A stretch of DNA of 64,000 nucleotides from Nitrospirota bacterium (GCA_963737155.1 CAVTRN010000002.1:864001-928000), one strand, 5' to 3'. Positions 20,930-31,702 are shown, counted from the first letter of the stretch. Notes: a model not told the origin generated them from the letters alone. Translations and numbers: made by a program.

Positions 20930-21010
20930 AACAAGAGAAATATAAACTCTTTGCGAGAAGGGAACATAAAATTACGAGCCTTGAAAGGCCAGGATAGCCG
21001 CCGCCGAAGG
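20930..21010 (+). ncRNA. Degenerate or variant GEMM-I (c-di-GMP-I / cGAMP) riboswitch-like element
   Basis: AT-AAAC-TCTTT-GCGA-GAAGG-GAAC-AT-AAA-ATTAC-GAGCCT...GGATAGCCG..GCCGAA parallels the GEMM-I consensus; 130 bp upstream of a surface protein gene; the P3 3' side looks shortened. Confidence 0.5.
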
Positions 21011-21140
21011 AAATACGTTTGTCATGCCCGGCATTTTAATTTAAAGCAGTGATTTGCGCAGAACCTATCGAACTTCGATAAGCTTTTTTTGTGTTGTTTG
21101 GATGAGTGTAGAGCGTTATGATTGATGCTAAAAGGAGTTC

Positions 21141-24100
21141 ATGATGAAAAGGTTATCCAGCATTTTGATACTAGTCCTTTCGACTGCGGTGCTGTTCTCC
21201 GCCTGCGCCGGAGGTGGCGGGGCGGCCGGAAGTACGACCTCAAAACCCACATATATCGTAATTTATAGCGGCAACGGCAGTACCGGCGGCCTTTTCCCAA
21301 TTGACTCAACCACCTACGTGCAGGGGCAGACTGTCACGGTAATCGGGAATTCAGGCAACTTCGTAAAGGTCGGCTATTCCTTTTCGGGCTGGAATACCCA
21401 AGCTGATGGGTCTGGAACGACCTATACTCAGGGGCAGACCTTCATGATGGGCTCGGCAAATGTCACTTTGTACGCGAGGTGGACCACAAACCCCACCTAT
21501 ACTGTAACCTATAATGGCAACGGCAATACTAGCGGTATCGTCCCTGTTAGTTCAACCAACTACGAGCAGGGGCAGACTGTTACGGTGCTCGGGAATACAG
21601 GCAACCTCGTGGAAACCAACTATTCTTTCCTAGGCTGGAATACCCAAGCTGACGGATCTGGAACGACCTATACTCAGGGGCAAACCTTCACGATGGGTGC
21701 GGCAAATGTTACCCTGTACGCGGTGTGGACTGAAACCTCCACCTATACCGTAACCTATAACGGCAACAGCAGTACCGACGGCATTGTCCCGGTTGACTCA
21801 ACCAACTATGAGCAGGGGCAGACCGTTACGGTGCTCGGGAATACCGGCAACCTCGTAAAGACCAACTATTCTTTTTCAGGCTGGAACACACAGGCTAACG
21901 GAACCGGAACGACCTATACTCAAGGGCAGACCTTCATGGTGGGTGTGGCAAATGTTACCCTGTACGCGGTGTGGACTGCAACCACCACCTATACCGTAAC
22001 CTATGTCGGCAACGGCAATACAGGCGGCATTGTCCCGGTTAATTCAACCAATTACGCGCAGGGGCAGACTGTCACGGTACTCGGCAATACTGGCAACCTT
22101 GTATATACCGGATACTCCTTCGCGGGCTGGAACACACAGGCTAACGGGACCGGAACGACCTATACTCAGGCGCAGACCTTCGCGATGGGGTCGGCAAATG
22201 TTACTTTGTACGCGAGGTGGACCACAAACCCCACCTATACTGTAACCTATAACGGCAATGGCAGTACTGGCGGCAGCGTCCCGGTTGATTCAGACAACTA
22301 TGAGCAGGGGCAGATTGTTACGGTGCTCGGGAATACAGGCAACCTCGTGGAAACCAACTATTCCTTCGTAGGCTGGAATACGCAGGCTGATGGGTCTGGA
22401 ACGACCTATACTCAGGGGCAGACCTTCACGATGGGCGTGGCAAATGTTAATCTGTATGCGGTGTGGACTGCAAACCCCACCTATACCGTAACGTATAACG
22501 GCAACGGCAATACCGGCGGCAGCGTCCCGGCTGATTCAAACAACTATGAGCAGGGGCAGACCGTTACGGTGCTCGGGAATGCAGGTAATCTCGTAGAAAC
22601 CAACTATTCCTTCTTAGGCTGGAACACTCAGGCTAACGGATCCGGAACGACCTATATGCAGGGGCAAACCTTCACGATGGGCACGGCAAATGTTACCCTG
22701 TATGCGGTGTGGACTGCAAGCTCCACACATACTGTAACCTATAACGGCAACGGTAGTACCGGCGGCATTGTCCCTATTGACTCAACCAACTACACGCAGG
22801 GGCAGACCGTTACGGTACTCGGCAATACTGGTAACCTTGTTTATACCGGATACTCCTTCGCGGGCTGGAACACGCAGGCTAACGGGACCGGAACGACCTA
22901 TACGCAGGGGCAAACATTCGCGATGGGTACGGCAAACGTTACCCTGTACGCGGTGTGGACTCTTGCACCACTTTCCGCTCCTGCAGGTGTAACTGCTAAA
23001 TCCGGCAATGGTCAAGCGGTTATCGTTTGGAGTGCGGTACAGGGCGCATTATCGTACAATGTTTACTGGTCAACGACAGCAGCAAACGCTACAAAGCTTT
23101 CAGGATTCAAATTTGCGGGCGTTACAAGCCCTTTCACACATGCTGGATTAACCAATGGCTTAACCTACTACTATACCGTTACGGCGGTTAATGCAAATAT
23201 GGAAAGTGTGGACTCAACTGTTGTGTCAGCAATGCCCAAAGTAGTAACACTGGTGGGCGGCTCTGTGCAGGGAATACCCCTTAATATTGCGGGCTTGGTT
23301 AGCACATTGGTAGGCTATAATTCGATAGGCTCTACCTTGTTTACAAACATGACTACAGATGGTGCTAATCTCTATGTTGCAGACAGATATAACAATAAGA
23401 TCTATAAGATTGCAATATCGACGGGCGCTATAACCACTATCGCGGGTAACGGCTTTCCCGGGTATACAAATGGCATAGGCACTGCCGCCAGTTTTAATAT
23501 ACCGTGGGGGATAACGACAGATGGAACTAACCTCTATGTGGCTGATTATAATAACTGTACCATTCGGCAGATCGTGATCTCAACAGGGCTAGTGACCACC
23601 CTTGCAGGTACAGAAGGCGTAATAGGTTCCACTAACGGCACAGGCGCTACCGCGAGCTTTGATGGTCCCACCGGCATTACTACGGACGGCACAAATCTCT
23701 ACGTATTAGACAATGGAAGTGCCATCCGAAAGATCGTGATAGCTACTGGCGTGGTGACTACACTTGTAGCTCCTGCAGATTTCCTGGCCTATGGGATAAC
23801 GACAGATGGGACTAATCTTTACGTTGCTGACTTTTCTAACTTTGTAATTCTAAAATATGTAATTGCCACCGGCGTGGTTTCTACATTAGCCGGGGACACG
23901 GGAAATGCTGGTTGCGCCGATGGCACGGGTACAGCGGCGAATTTTTATTATCCTTTCGGGATTACAACAGATGGGACAAATCTCTATGTGACTGATTCTG
24001 TTAATATGACGATTCGTGAGATTGTGATATCAACTGGTCAGGTGATCACTCTTGCGGGAACGGCACCACAATCGGGGTGTCCAGTTGGCATTATACCAAC

Positions 24101-24194
24101 GGTAAACTTCTCTATACCATATGGTATAACTACTAATGGAATTAATCTTTACGTAGCTGATGAAGGGACCGAATCAATTTGGGAAATTCAGTAA
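21141..24194 (+). CDS. Surface lipoprotein: 7 Listeria-Bacteroides (InlB B) repeats, FN3 domain, NHL-like beta-propeller
   Basis: Lipobox LFSAC (Cys22); repeats TYTVTYNGNG...GYSF.GWNT..G...TLYA.W; FN3 LTNGLTYYYTVTAVN; repeated GITTDGTNLYVAD. Confidence 0.85.
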   Translation: MMKRLSSILILVLSTAVLFSACAGGGGAAGSTTSKPTYIVIYSGNGSTGGLFPIDSTTYVQGQTVTVIGNSGNFVKVGYSFSGWNTQADGSGTTYTQGQTFMMGSANVTLYARWTTNPTYTVTYNGNGNTSGIVPVSSTNYEQGQTVTVLGNTGNLVETNYSFLGWNTQADGSGTTYTQGQTFTMGAANVTLYAVWTETSTYTVTYNGNSSTDGIVPVDSTNYEQGQTVTVLGNTGNLVKTNYSFSGWNTQANGTGTTYTQGQTFMVGVANVTLYAVWTATTTYTVTYVGNGNTGGIVPVNSTNYAQGQTVTVLGNTGNLVYTGYSFAGWNTQANGTGTTYTQAQTFAMGSANVTLYARWTTNPTYTVTYNGNGSTGGSVPVDSDNYEQGQIVTVLGNTGNLVETNYSFVGWNTQADGSGTTYTQGQTFTMGVANVNLYAVWTANPTYTVTYNGNGNTGGSVPADSNNYEQGQTVTVLGNAGNLVETNYSFLGWNTQANGSGTTYMQGQTFTMGTANVTLYAVWTASSTHTVTYNGNGSTGGIVPIDSTNYTQGQTVTVLGNTGNLVYTGYSFAGWNTQANGTGTTYTQGQTFAMGTANVTLYAVWTLAPLSAPAGVTAKSGNGQAVIVWSAVQGALSYNVYWSTTAANATKLSGFKFAGVTSPFTHAGLTNGLTYYYTVTAVNANMESVDSTVVSAMPKVVTLVGGSVQGIPLNIAGLVSTLVGYNSIGSTLFTNMTTDGANLYVADRYNNKIYKIAISTGAITTIAGNGFPGYTNGIGTAASFNIPWGITTDGTNLYVADYNNCTIRQIVISTGLVTTLAGTEGVIGSTNGTGATASFDGPTGITTDGTNLYVLDNGSAIRKIVIATGVVTTLVAPADFLAYGITTDGTNLYVADFSNFVILKYVIATGVVSTLAGDTGNAGCADGTGTAANFYYPFGITTDGTNLYVTDSVNMTIREIVISTGQVITLAGTAPQSGCPVGIIPTVNFSIPYGITTNGINLYVADEGTESIWEIQ
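21249..22970 (+). repeat. Seven tandem 246-bp (82-aa) coding repeats
   Basis: Recurrent ACCTATAC.GTAACCTAT and CAGGGGCAGAC.GT.ACGGT blocks at 246-bp period. Confidence 0.92.
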
Positions 24195-24327
24195 AACGAA
24201 AATTATTAGTATCCCCTCGTATCGGGACTGTTAATAATGAGGGCTAGGCGGAGGAACCGTGACAACCGCGCCTCGGGGATGATCCCTTGAGTATTGCCTC
24301 GATTCCACCCTAATTAGATAAGCTTTT

Positions 24328-25473
24328 TCACTCGCTGGGATAATACTTCTTAAGTGTCAGCCGCAGAGCATGTTCGCTAAATCTTCCGGTTATAAATTTA
24401 TTTCCAGCCTTGCCTATCCCTTCGCGCAAGGCCTTGTCGTTCAATAATTGTACGACCTTTACCGCAAATTCCTCAGCCTTATCGGCGATCAGGAGATGTT
24501 CTCCAGGTGTTGCGCCGATCCCTTCGTTGCCGATGGATGTTGTCACTACGGGTGTCCCGGCTGCAAGAGCGTCGAGTATCTTGACGATAATTCCACCGCC
24601 CGTCAGGAGAGGGGCGACGAAAACCGTGCAGGTCTTATAGAATGGTTCAATGTCCTCGACAAAGCCGGTAATAAAAGTGTTCTCGTCCTTATCTGCGAGC
24701 GCACGTACCTCGGGGAGCGGCCTGCTGCCCACAATATAAAATTTCACGTCAGGGACGTGCTTGCGTATAAGCGGAAGTATGTCATTCCAGAAATAGAGCA
24801 CGGTCTCGACATTCGGTCCCCGATCCATGGCAGCAAGGAACAGGAGCGTTTTCTCTTCTCTGGCGAATATTCGGTCCGAGAAATCCATGCCCGCAGGATG
24901 CGTAAGCACCTGCGCGTTGAGGGAGGGGGACAGGGATAAAAGGTATTGTCGGTCATATTCGGAACGAACGAACACAACTTCATATCGTCGGAAGAGCAGC
25001 GGTTCCACCAATTTAACAGCGTGATACAAAAGACCAAACACGAGCCACCGGACCCCGCGTGCGTTTCGGAATCTTCGCTCCATGGGTTTGGTGATGATGT
25101 CGTGGGCATCGATGAACATCCTGCCGCGCTTCCTTAAGAAAAGGCCGGTCTCGGTCCACTCCGCTAGCACAACATCAAACGTTCCAAGACGGGAGAGCCT
25201 GTTCGCCTCCCTGCAGAGCGTATAATAGGAATACACGACCCTAGGAATGGTCAGAATATTTCTTCTGATTGGTCGCTTATATCGAACGGGAGTGACGGAG
25301 GAGCAGAAGGCGCGAACAGGCCCGAGAACATCCTCCATCCCTTCAGGCACCCTGACGACGAGGTGAACTTCATGTCGCTCCGCGAGTATTTTGATAATTT
25401 CAAAAACCTCTCGCTCCCCGGCCTGGACCGCGCGTGGAGCCGGGACATGGGGCGCTATCAGGAGAATTTTCAT
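24328..25473 (-). CDS. Glycosyltransferase family 4
   Basis: GFVEDI, FVAPL..GGG..VKILDALAAGTPVVTTSIG.EG motif. Confidence 0.88.
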   Translation of the reverse strand: MKILLIAPHVPAPRAVQAGEREVFEIIKILAERHEVHLVVRVPEGMEDVLGPVRAFCSSVTPVRYKRPIRRNILTIPRVVYSYYTLCREANRLSRLGTFDVVLAEWTETGLFLRKRGRMFIDAHDIITKPMERRFRNARGVRWLVFGLLYHAVKLVEPLLFRRYEVVFVRSEYDRQYLLSLSPSLNAQVLTHPAGMDFSDRIFAREEKTLLFLAAMDRGPNVETVLYFWNDILPLIRKHVPDVKFYIVGSRPLPEVRALADKDENTFITGFVEDIEPFYKTCTVFVAPLLTGGGIIVKILDALAAGTPVVTTSIGNEGIGATPGEHLLIADKAEEFAVKVVQLLNDKALREGIGKAGNKFITGRFSEHALRLTLKKYYPSE

Positions 25474-25677
25474 AGTATTGGACCAAGGGAGGAATTAAGC
25501 AAAATACCGTTTAACACTTGCAACGTACATGTGGGCGGTTTACAAGGACAAAAAAGGCTGGAGCCAGAAACTATGCCGTCAGAAAAAAATCAGACGACAC
25601 AAAAACCGGTAGCAGCATCTATCAGGCAATAAACGAACTACTACCTCTTTTTAGATGCCCACAGGTAATCCTTCCTC

Positions 25678-26670
25678 TTATTCGCGAGTCTTTTCCCAGT
25701 CCCATGCTGTCCGGATTATATAGTTCAAATCATCATGTTTCGGATTCCACCTTAGCATTTGCTTCAGCTTGGAATTGTCAGCAACCAATAGAGGAGGGTC
25801 CCCTGATCTGCGCTCGGTTTCTTGTACAAGGATTTCCATATTAGTGACCTTTTTGGCTGCTTTGATTACTTCGCGCACTGAATATCCATGGCCGTATCCG
25901 CAATTAAAAACGTCGCTTTTGCCGCCATCGAGAAGATATTCAAGAGCGAGGAGATGGGCATTGACCAGGTCTTGGACATGAATGTAATCTCGAATGCAAG
26001 TGCCGTCAGGAGTAGGGTAATCAGTGCCGTATATTTTCACACAATCTCTCTTCTTTTTCGCGGTTTTTAATATTAGCGGAATTATATGAGACTCAGGGTC
26101 ATGTCGTTCGCCGATACGGCCCGAAGGATGAGCACCTGCTGCATTAAAGTACCGCAACGAGACTGCTCGGAATTGCGCTGACGCAGACAGGTCTTGAAGG
26201 ACATCCTCTACGAAAGCCTTTGCACGTCCATAGGGGTTTATGGGTCTCATTGGGGCATCTTCCGTAATGGGGATCTTCGCAGGGTTTCCATACACTGCTG
26301 CGGAGGATGAAAAAATGAAATTATCCACCCGATGTTTTATAAGTACTTGGAGTAGGTTTATCGTATTTACTGCATTGTTATGATAATACTTCAGCGGTTC
26401 CCTGACCGATTCGCCCACCTCGATAAACGAAGCAAAATGCATTACAGCATCCGGCTGAAATTCCGTTATCGTGCTATCGAGTAGTTCCGTATCACCCAGG
26501 TCTCCGACAATGAGGTCCCCGTGCAGGACCGCATCACGGTGTCCCTTGGAAAGGTTATCGTACACTAAAATCGTGTAGCCTTTCTCACCCAATATTTTCA
26601 CGGCATGGCTGCCGATGTATCCGGCTCCGCCGGTAATGAGAATCCTGGCCAATAAAAAATCCTCTTTCAA
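25678..26670 (-). CDS. galE: UDP-glucose 4-epimerase
   Basis: TGGAGYIGSH, VGESVREPLKYY, FSSSAAVYG, LRYFNAAGA, DGTCIRDYIHV; YGxSK motif reads YGRAK. Confidence 0.92.
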   Translation of the reverse strand: MKEDFLLARILITGGAGYIGSHAVKILGEKGYTILVYDNLSKGHRDAVLHGDLIVGDLGDTELLDSTITEFQPDAVMHFASFIEVGESVREPLKYYHNNAVNTINLLQVLIKHRVDNFIFSSSAAVYGNPAKIPITEDAPMRPINPYGRAKAFVEDVLQDLSASAQFRAVSLRYFNAAGAHPSGRIGERHDPESHIIPLILKTAKKKRDCVKIYGTDYPTPDGTCIRDYIHVQDLVNAHLLALEYLLDGGKSDVFNCGYGHGYSVREVIKAAKKVTNMEILVQETERRSGDPPLLVADNSKLKQMLRWNPKHDDLNYIIRTAWDWEKTRE

Positions 26671-26895
26671 GAAAGATTGTGAAACTTAGATGTGCTTAGT
26701 GTTCGTAGCATGAAACGATCGCATAAGTCAAGCCATATTTTGGGGGTTTATTTGTTGATTTTATAAGCCAGCCAATACGAAGAAGGCCTATTGGTAAGTT
26801 ACCCCTAATCAGGAATGGGCGGAAGATTATTGAGAAAGTATTTTAAGCCGGCTACTGCGGGGCAGGGAAGGGAGATTGAAGAAGTGGCCTTGCAA

Positions 26896-28757
26896 CGGAT
26901 GTTCCGCCCTCGATATTCAGAAAATCATTTATCTTGCAGCAGGTTAGGCCTTTTTTTGTCCTAAATATGTAGCCACTAAAATATTCTTATTAATTATAAT
27001 TATATTGACAAATTGCTTTAATTATGATATTTAAGTAACCACTATGTACGTCGACTCCTCTACCGTGAAGCAGGGAAACAAATCCTACACCCGCTATCTT
27101 CTCCGGGAGTGCTATCGAGAAAACGGCAAGGTCAAGCACCGCACGATTGCAAATCTGAGTTCCTGCTCCGATGCAGAGGTTGCCGCAATCAAGCTCGCCT
27201 TGCGCCATAAAGAACAACTTGCCTCTCTCCTTTCCGACAAGATGACTGTGACTCAAAAGCAAGGGCTTTCGTTCGGCGCGGTATGGCTTGTTTATTCGAT
27301 TGCTCGCGAATTGGGGATCGTAGAGGCCATGGGAACAACCAGGGAAGGCAAACTGGCGCTGTGGCAGGTGATTGCGAGAGTCATCGATCAGGGATCGCGG
27401 CTGTCAGCGGTGCGATTGGCCGGGGCTCACGCGGCGTGCGATATTTTGAGCGTGGAGAAGTTCGATGAGAACGATTTATACGACAATCTCGACTGGCTTG
27501 CCGAACGTCAGGCAACGATCGAAGATCGTCTTTTTCGAAAACTGCATGGAGACGGGAAACCGGGGCTGTTTTTGTACGATGTGACCAGTTCGTATTTGGA
27601 AGGGACGGAGAACGAGTTGTCGGCTTTCGGCTACAACCGGGACGGCAAGAAGGGCAAGCTGCAGATCGTGATTGGGTTGTTATGCGATAACGAAGGTACA
27701 CCGCTGTCTGTGGAGGTGTTTACCGGCAATACCCAGGATCCCAAGACTGTTGGACCGCAGATTAAGAAGGTCGCGGAGCGGTTCGGGGCGAAGGATGTGA
27801 CGTTTGTGGGCGATCGAGGGATGATCAAGAGCGGTCAAATTGAAGCGCTGCATGCGGAACCCTACGGGTTTCATTACATCACGGCTATTACCAAGCCGCA
27901 GATCGAAAATCTTCTTGCGCGTAATATCATTCAGATGAACCTGTTCGATCAAGCGCTTGCGGAGGTCACGACAGATGAGGGGACGCGATATATACTGAGA
28001 CGCAATCCCGTGAGAGCTGAGGAAATGAAGGCATCCCGGGAGGATAAGCTCGCATCAGCCCGTAAGATGGTTGACGAGCGGAACCGCTATCTTGAGGAAC
28101 ATCCCAAAGCGAAGGTCGCAATTGCGCTTCGCGCAATAAGTGAACGAATGGAACGGCTCAAGATATCCGATTGGGCGAAGGCTTCGGCAACAGACAGGGT
28201 ACTGTCGATAACCGTAAACGCCGATGCGCTCGGGGAAGCGGAAAAGTTTGACGGTTGCTATGTGCTGAAGACCGACCTTCCGGTGGAATCCGCAAGCAAA
28301 GAAACGATTCATGATCGGTATAAGGATCTAACCTTGGTAGAATCCGCTTTCCGTACCAGTAAGACAGCGGAATTGGAGGTCCGGCCCATTCATGTGCGGC
28401 TCGCGACACGGACGCGTGGCCATGTATTCGTGGTCATGATGGCGTATCGGGTTGTGAAGGAGCTGTCCAGGCGATGGAGGCAGTTGGACACAACGGTGCA
28501 AGAAGGACTCGATGAGCTTTCAACCTTATGCGCCGTGGAGGTTAGTGTGAATGGATCGGTCCGCTATAATCGCATACCGGAACCGCGGGAATCGATCGGA
28601 AAATTGTTGAACGCAGCCGGAGTACGATTGCCGGAGATATTTCCCAGCACAGGAGTAAAAGTAACCACTAAGAAGAAGTTGCCTTCAAGAAGAAAATAGA
28701 CTGTTTTTACAAAATGATGAAATGTTCAAACGCGCCTTTTATTAGGGGGAACATCCG
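26896..28757 (+). mobile_element. Intact IS1634-family element
   Basis: Terminal IRs CGGATGTTCC / GGAACATCCG; flanked on both sides by TTGCAA (26890-26895, 28758-28763), a 6-bp TSD. Confidence 0.88.
27044..28699 (+). CDS. IS1634-family DDE transposase
   Basis: LYDVTSSYLEG, FGYNRDGK, VGDRGMI, DGCYVLKT, YKDL..VESAFR, RPIHV, GHVF. Confidence 0.93.
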   Translation: MYVDSSTVKQGNKSYTRYLLRECYRENGKVKHRTIANLSSCSDAEVAAIKLALRHKEQLASLLSDKMTVTQKQGLSFGAVWLVYSIARELGIVEAMGTTREGKLALWQVIARVIDQGSRLSAVRLAGAHAACDILSVEKFDENDLYDNLDWLAERQATIEDRLFRKLHGDGKPGLFLYDVTSSYLEGTENELSAFGYNRDGKKGKLQIVIGLLCDNEGTPLSVEVFTGNTQDPKTVGPQIKKVAERFGAKDVTFVGDRGMIKSGQIEALHAEPYGFHYITAITKPQIENLLARNIIQMNLFDQALAEVTTDEGTRYILRRNPVRAEEMKASREDKLASARKMVDERNRYLEEHPKAKVAIALRAISERMERLKISDWAKASATDRVLSITVNADALGEAEKFDGCYVLKTDLPVESASKETIHDRYKDLTLVESAFRTSKTAELEVRPIHVRLATRTRGHVFVVMMAYRVVKELSRRWRQLDTTVQEGLDELSTLCAVEVSVNGSVRYNRIPEPRESIGKLLNAAGVRLPEIFPSTGVKVTTKKKLPSRRK

Positions 28758-29156
28758 TTGCAACTCCTGGGATTGCGGAAACTACTGCACATCGTTGGTA
28801 TTCGCCCCGCAAGAGCGTTTCCTGGGCCGCGGGAATCCGGGACATAATATCGGGCAGCAATGTATTGAACTTGATCTTGTAACGATTTTTCTCGAAACAG
28901 ATGGCGCGTTTAAATCAAATCTCGTACGAGATCGCAGCTCATGCCCAGATCGTGGGGTTAGGCCGGCTGCCGAGAACGAGGAAAAAAGTGTCTGTCCTGC
29001 ATTCTGATGGATGGAGGATCCGACCGCTCTGTGGGTGGTTCCAACTGGACCGAAACACCATCCTAAGAATCCTCCATGAACATTTGAGCCGTGATGATTA
29101 TTTTACGCACCTTTCTTCGTTCAGACATGGGAGTCATCATGCGAGATTAGCGGCGA

Positions 29157-31421
29157 TTATTGACCATTTTGCTGTTTTATGAATGAGAGCAATTTATCAG
29201 ATTCTTCGGCAGATTCACTTGTTAAAGTCGCATACTCTTTCATAGCTGCTTCTTTATTGCCTTGCAAAGAATAGACAGCCCCCAGATTATAGAGTGCTTT
29301 CACATACTTCGGATCTATTTTCAGTGCTGCTATAAAAAGTTCTTTTGCCTCATCATACTTCCCAGACAAAAGGTAAAGCCCTCCGAGAGAGTTGTATGCT
29401 TCGGCATAACCGGGATCGAGGGTCAATGCCTTATTAAAGGCTGCGGCGGCATCTTGATACTTTTTTAATTCAACATATGTGAGACCCAGATTGTAATAGG
29501 GGATTGCAAAATCGGGATATTCTTTAATGGCCAGGTCTGCCGTCCTGATCGCATCATCGTATTTGCCGAGTTTCCTGTAGACCGTGCTCAGATCATTGTA
29601 TGCCTCGGCATCATTCGGATCGATCTTCAAAGCATCGTTGAAGGATGCCAATGCATCGTCGAGGCGATTCATTTTTAGGTACACCAGCCCAAGATTCTTG
29701 TAAATTCTTTTGTCTGGGCTGATATTGAGCGCTACTTTTGCTATCGTGATCGCTTCTTCAAATCTGTCAAGTTTTAGATAAACCATCATAAGACCGACAT
29801 ATGGATCATAATAATAAGGGTTAATCTGCATCGCGTCCCGGAACATGGTAAATGCGTCTTCATAGCGCCCGTGGTCCAAATATATGCTGCCGAGATTATT
29901 ATATGCCCGCGCCTTATAGGGAGACTTCTTTACTATATCTTTCCACATGGAGATGTCGTCATGCCAAACCATGTTTCTCGCGTAGGTTGCCCCCGACAGA
30001 GCGATAGTTGCAAGAGCAAGAAAAATAAAAACCGGCTTTTTACTTTTAAACAGCTTTTCAAAGATCAAGATCAATACGCAGATAATAGCCAGAATAATTC
30101 CGAAGGCTGGAAGATAAACACGATGCTCGAATATGACATCCTTTATGGGTATTATGCTCGATTCTACAGAAAGAGTGATAAAGAACCAGAAGATGCCGAA
30201 GGCGATCAGACGATAGAGCATGCCATTAAGAAAATAATCCGACGCGTGCTCAGATGTTTCCGGTAAATGCTTCGTGTTAAGCGCCTTGCGCGATTTGTAC
30301 AAAAGAACTGCTGCAGTCGTTATCAGTGTCAGAAGAAACAGGAATGATAGAAAAACTTGAGGCGTAAACAGGGAGTGATATATCGGGTAGTCATAATCGA
30401 GGTTTTGGTTCACAGGCAGGAATATCAGCCTGATATAGGTCGTGATTACCTGTATCTGTGTCATGAGATAGTCCCATCGGGGCATGGTGGTCTGGAGCCG
30501 AGTCTTCTCTCCCAAATCGGAGAGGAGCTCCCCCAAGGGCTTGTGCATACCCATGATGCTGATTGGAATGATCGCAAGCATCATGAGAATCGGCAGGAGA
30601 ATGAGAATTTTCTTTTTGATGTTGGTCTTGAAAAAGACGAACTCGTAGAGCACGATGATGATCGGCAGGGTAATTGCTGTTTCCTTTGTTTTCATCGCTA
30701 ATAGTGCAGAGCTCACGGATGCGAGATAAAAGCCAAGAGACTTTGCCTTTGATTTATCCCAAGCTCCGGCCCGCGTGTCAAGCCCGGCGAGTCTTGCTTT
30801 TGCGTACATCACCACAGAAAGAAGATAGAACATCGCAGTAAGCGACGCAAACCTCTGGTAAATGTAGGTTACTGCCTGTGTCTGAATTGGATGCGACACA
30901 AACAATAAGCCGGAAAAAAAGGCTATCATATACTTGAAAAACGGGTCATGATTTCTCGGCTGTAAAATAGAAAAAGATCGCATTGAAGGCGTATTAAAGG
31001 TCAGGAGAACGAGAAAGTAGACAAAAATGGCATTGGTAAGATGAATTACGAGATTTACTACATGATAGCCTATTACGTCAAGCTTCCCGAACTTATAGTT
31101 CATTGCAAAGGTGAGATAACCCACGAATCGGTTGCGATTAAAGTTATATATGGTAGAAGACAAGCAGGAATCTTGACCTTTGTGAGCCGCGATAAACTTG
31201 CTTAAATCTTCCATGTGCCCTTTATCGTCGAACATAAACGGCACATTGAATGTATTTGAATAGCATATTAATCCAACGACAGTGATAAGGAGAATATGGA
31301 AGGCAATATTGTGAATAAAACTGACTGGTGAGGATGATTTTCCCCCTGTATCTGTAAGAGCCGCGGTAACGTCGATTACGTGGGGATTATTAATTTTTTT
31401 ATTATTTGAGGATTTTCCCAT
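29157..31421 (-). CDS. TMTC-like GT-C glycosyltransferase with long TPR tail
   Basis: FMFDD, HPIQTQAVTYIYQR, KTKE, NQNLDYDYP, FEHRVYLP, TYARN..W, then multiple TPRs. Confidence 0.85.
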   Translation of the reverse strand: MGKSSNNKKINNPHVIDVTAALTDTGGKSSSPVSFIHNIAFHILLITVVGLICYSNTFNVPFMFDDKGHMEDLSKFIAAHKGQDSCLSSTIYNFNRNRFVGYLTFAMNYKFGKLDVIGYHVVNLVIHLTNAIFVYFLVLLTFNTPSMRSFSILQPRNHDPFFKYMIAFFSGLLFVSHPIQTQAVTYIYQRFASLTAMFYLLSVVMYAKARLAGLDTRAGAWDKSKAKSLGFYLASVSSALLAMKTKETAITLPIIIVLYEFVFFKTNIKKKILILLPILMMLAIIPISIMGMHKPLGELLSDLGEKTRLQTTMPRWDYLMTQIQVITTYIRLIFLPVNQNLDYDYPIYHSLFTPQVFLSFLFLLTLITTAAVLLYKSRKALNTKHLPETSEHASDYFLNGMLYRLIAFGIFWFFITLSVESSIIPIKDVIFEHRVYLPAFGIILAIICVLILIFEKLFKSKKPVFIFLALATIALSGATYARNMVWHDDISMWKDIVKKSPYKARAYNNLGSIYLDHGRYEDAFTMFRDAMQINPYYYDPYVGLMMVYLKLDRFEEAITIAKVALNISPDKRIYKNLGLVYLKMNRLDDALASFNDALKIDPNDAEAYNDLSTVYRKLGKYDDAIRTADLAIKEYPDFAIPYYNLGLTYVELKKYQDAAAAFNKALTLDPGYAEAYNSLGGLYLLSGKYDEAKELFIAALKIDPKYVKALYNLGAVYSLQGNKEAAMKEYATLTSESAEESDKLLSFIKQQNGQ

Positions 31422-31702
31422 TGAGGATTCTGCCGAATGGGCTATTCTTTTTTCAATTACTAAGAGCTACAGTTTTCTGCTACTTTTGTACAAACTGCTT
31501 TGTGCACAGCTGCTGAGTAGTTCTATGGATGAATGCGTCGATTATTATACCTCAGGGTGACTTTTTGTCAAGAACAGCGACGGGTCTTGTCAACCCCAAG
31601 TTAGAATGTACGGTTTTGTGATACTGTCTAACGCTAGCAACTACTCGACCCTCTTGCTATGCCTTCAATTGCTCAACCAATCAACTACTCACACCTGAGA
31701 CG

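Noticed and set aside
21249-22970. 246-bp repeats as diversity-generating retroelement TR/VR
   Set aside because: No reverse transcriptase in the window; differences are not evidently adenine-specific; repeats are ordinary tandem domains
28901-29182. ORF ending in an HTH-like segment (GWRIR..FQLDRNTILRIL), possible resolvase or IS21 relic
   Set aside because: Only a weak pattern match, with no catalytic motifs or element ends
31585-31610. GTCAACCCC resembling an IscB/IS200-605 left end
   Set aside because: No associated ORF or RNA structure; likely chance
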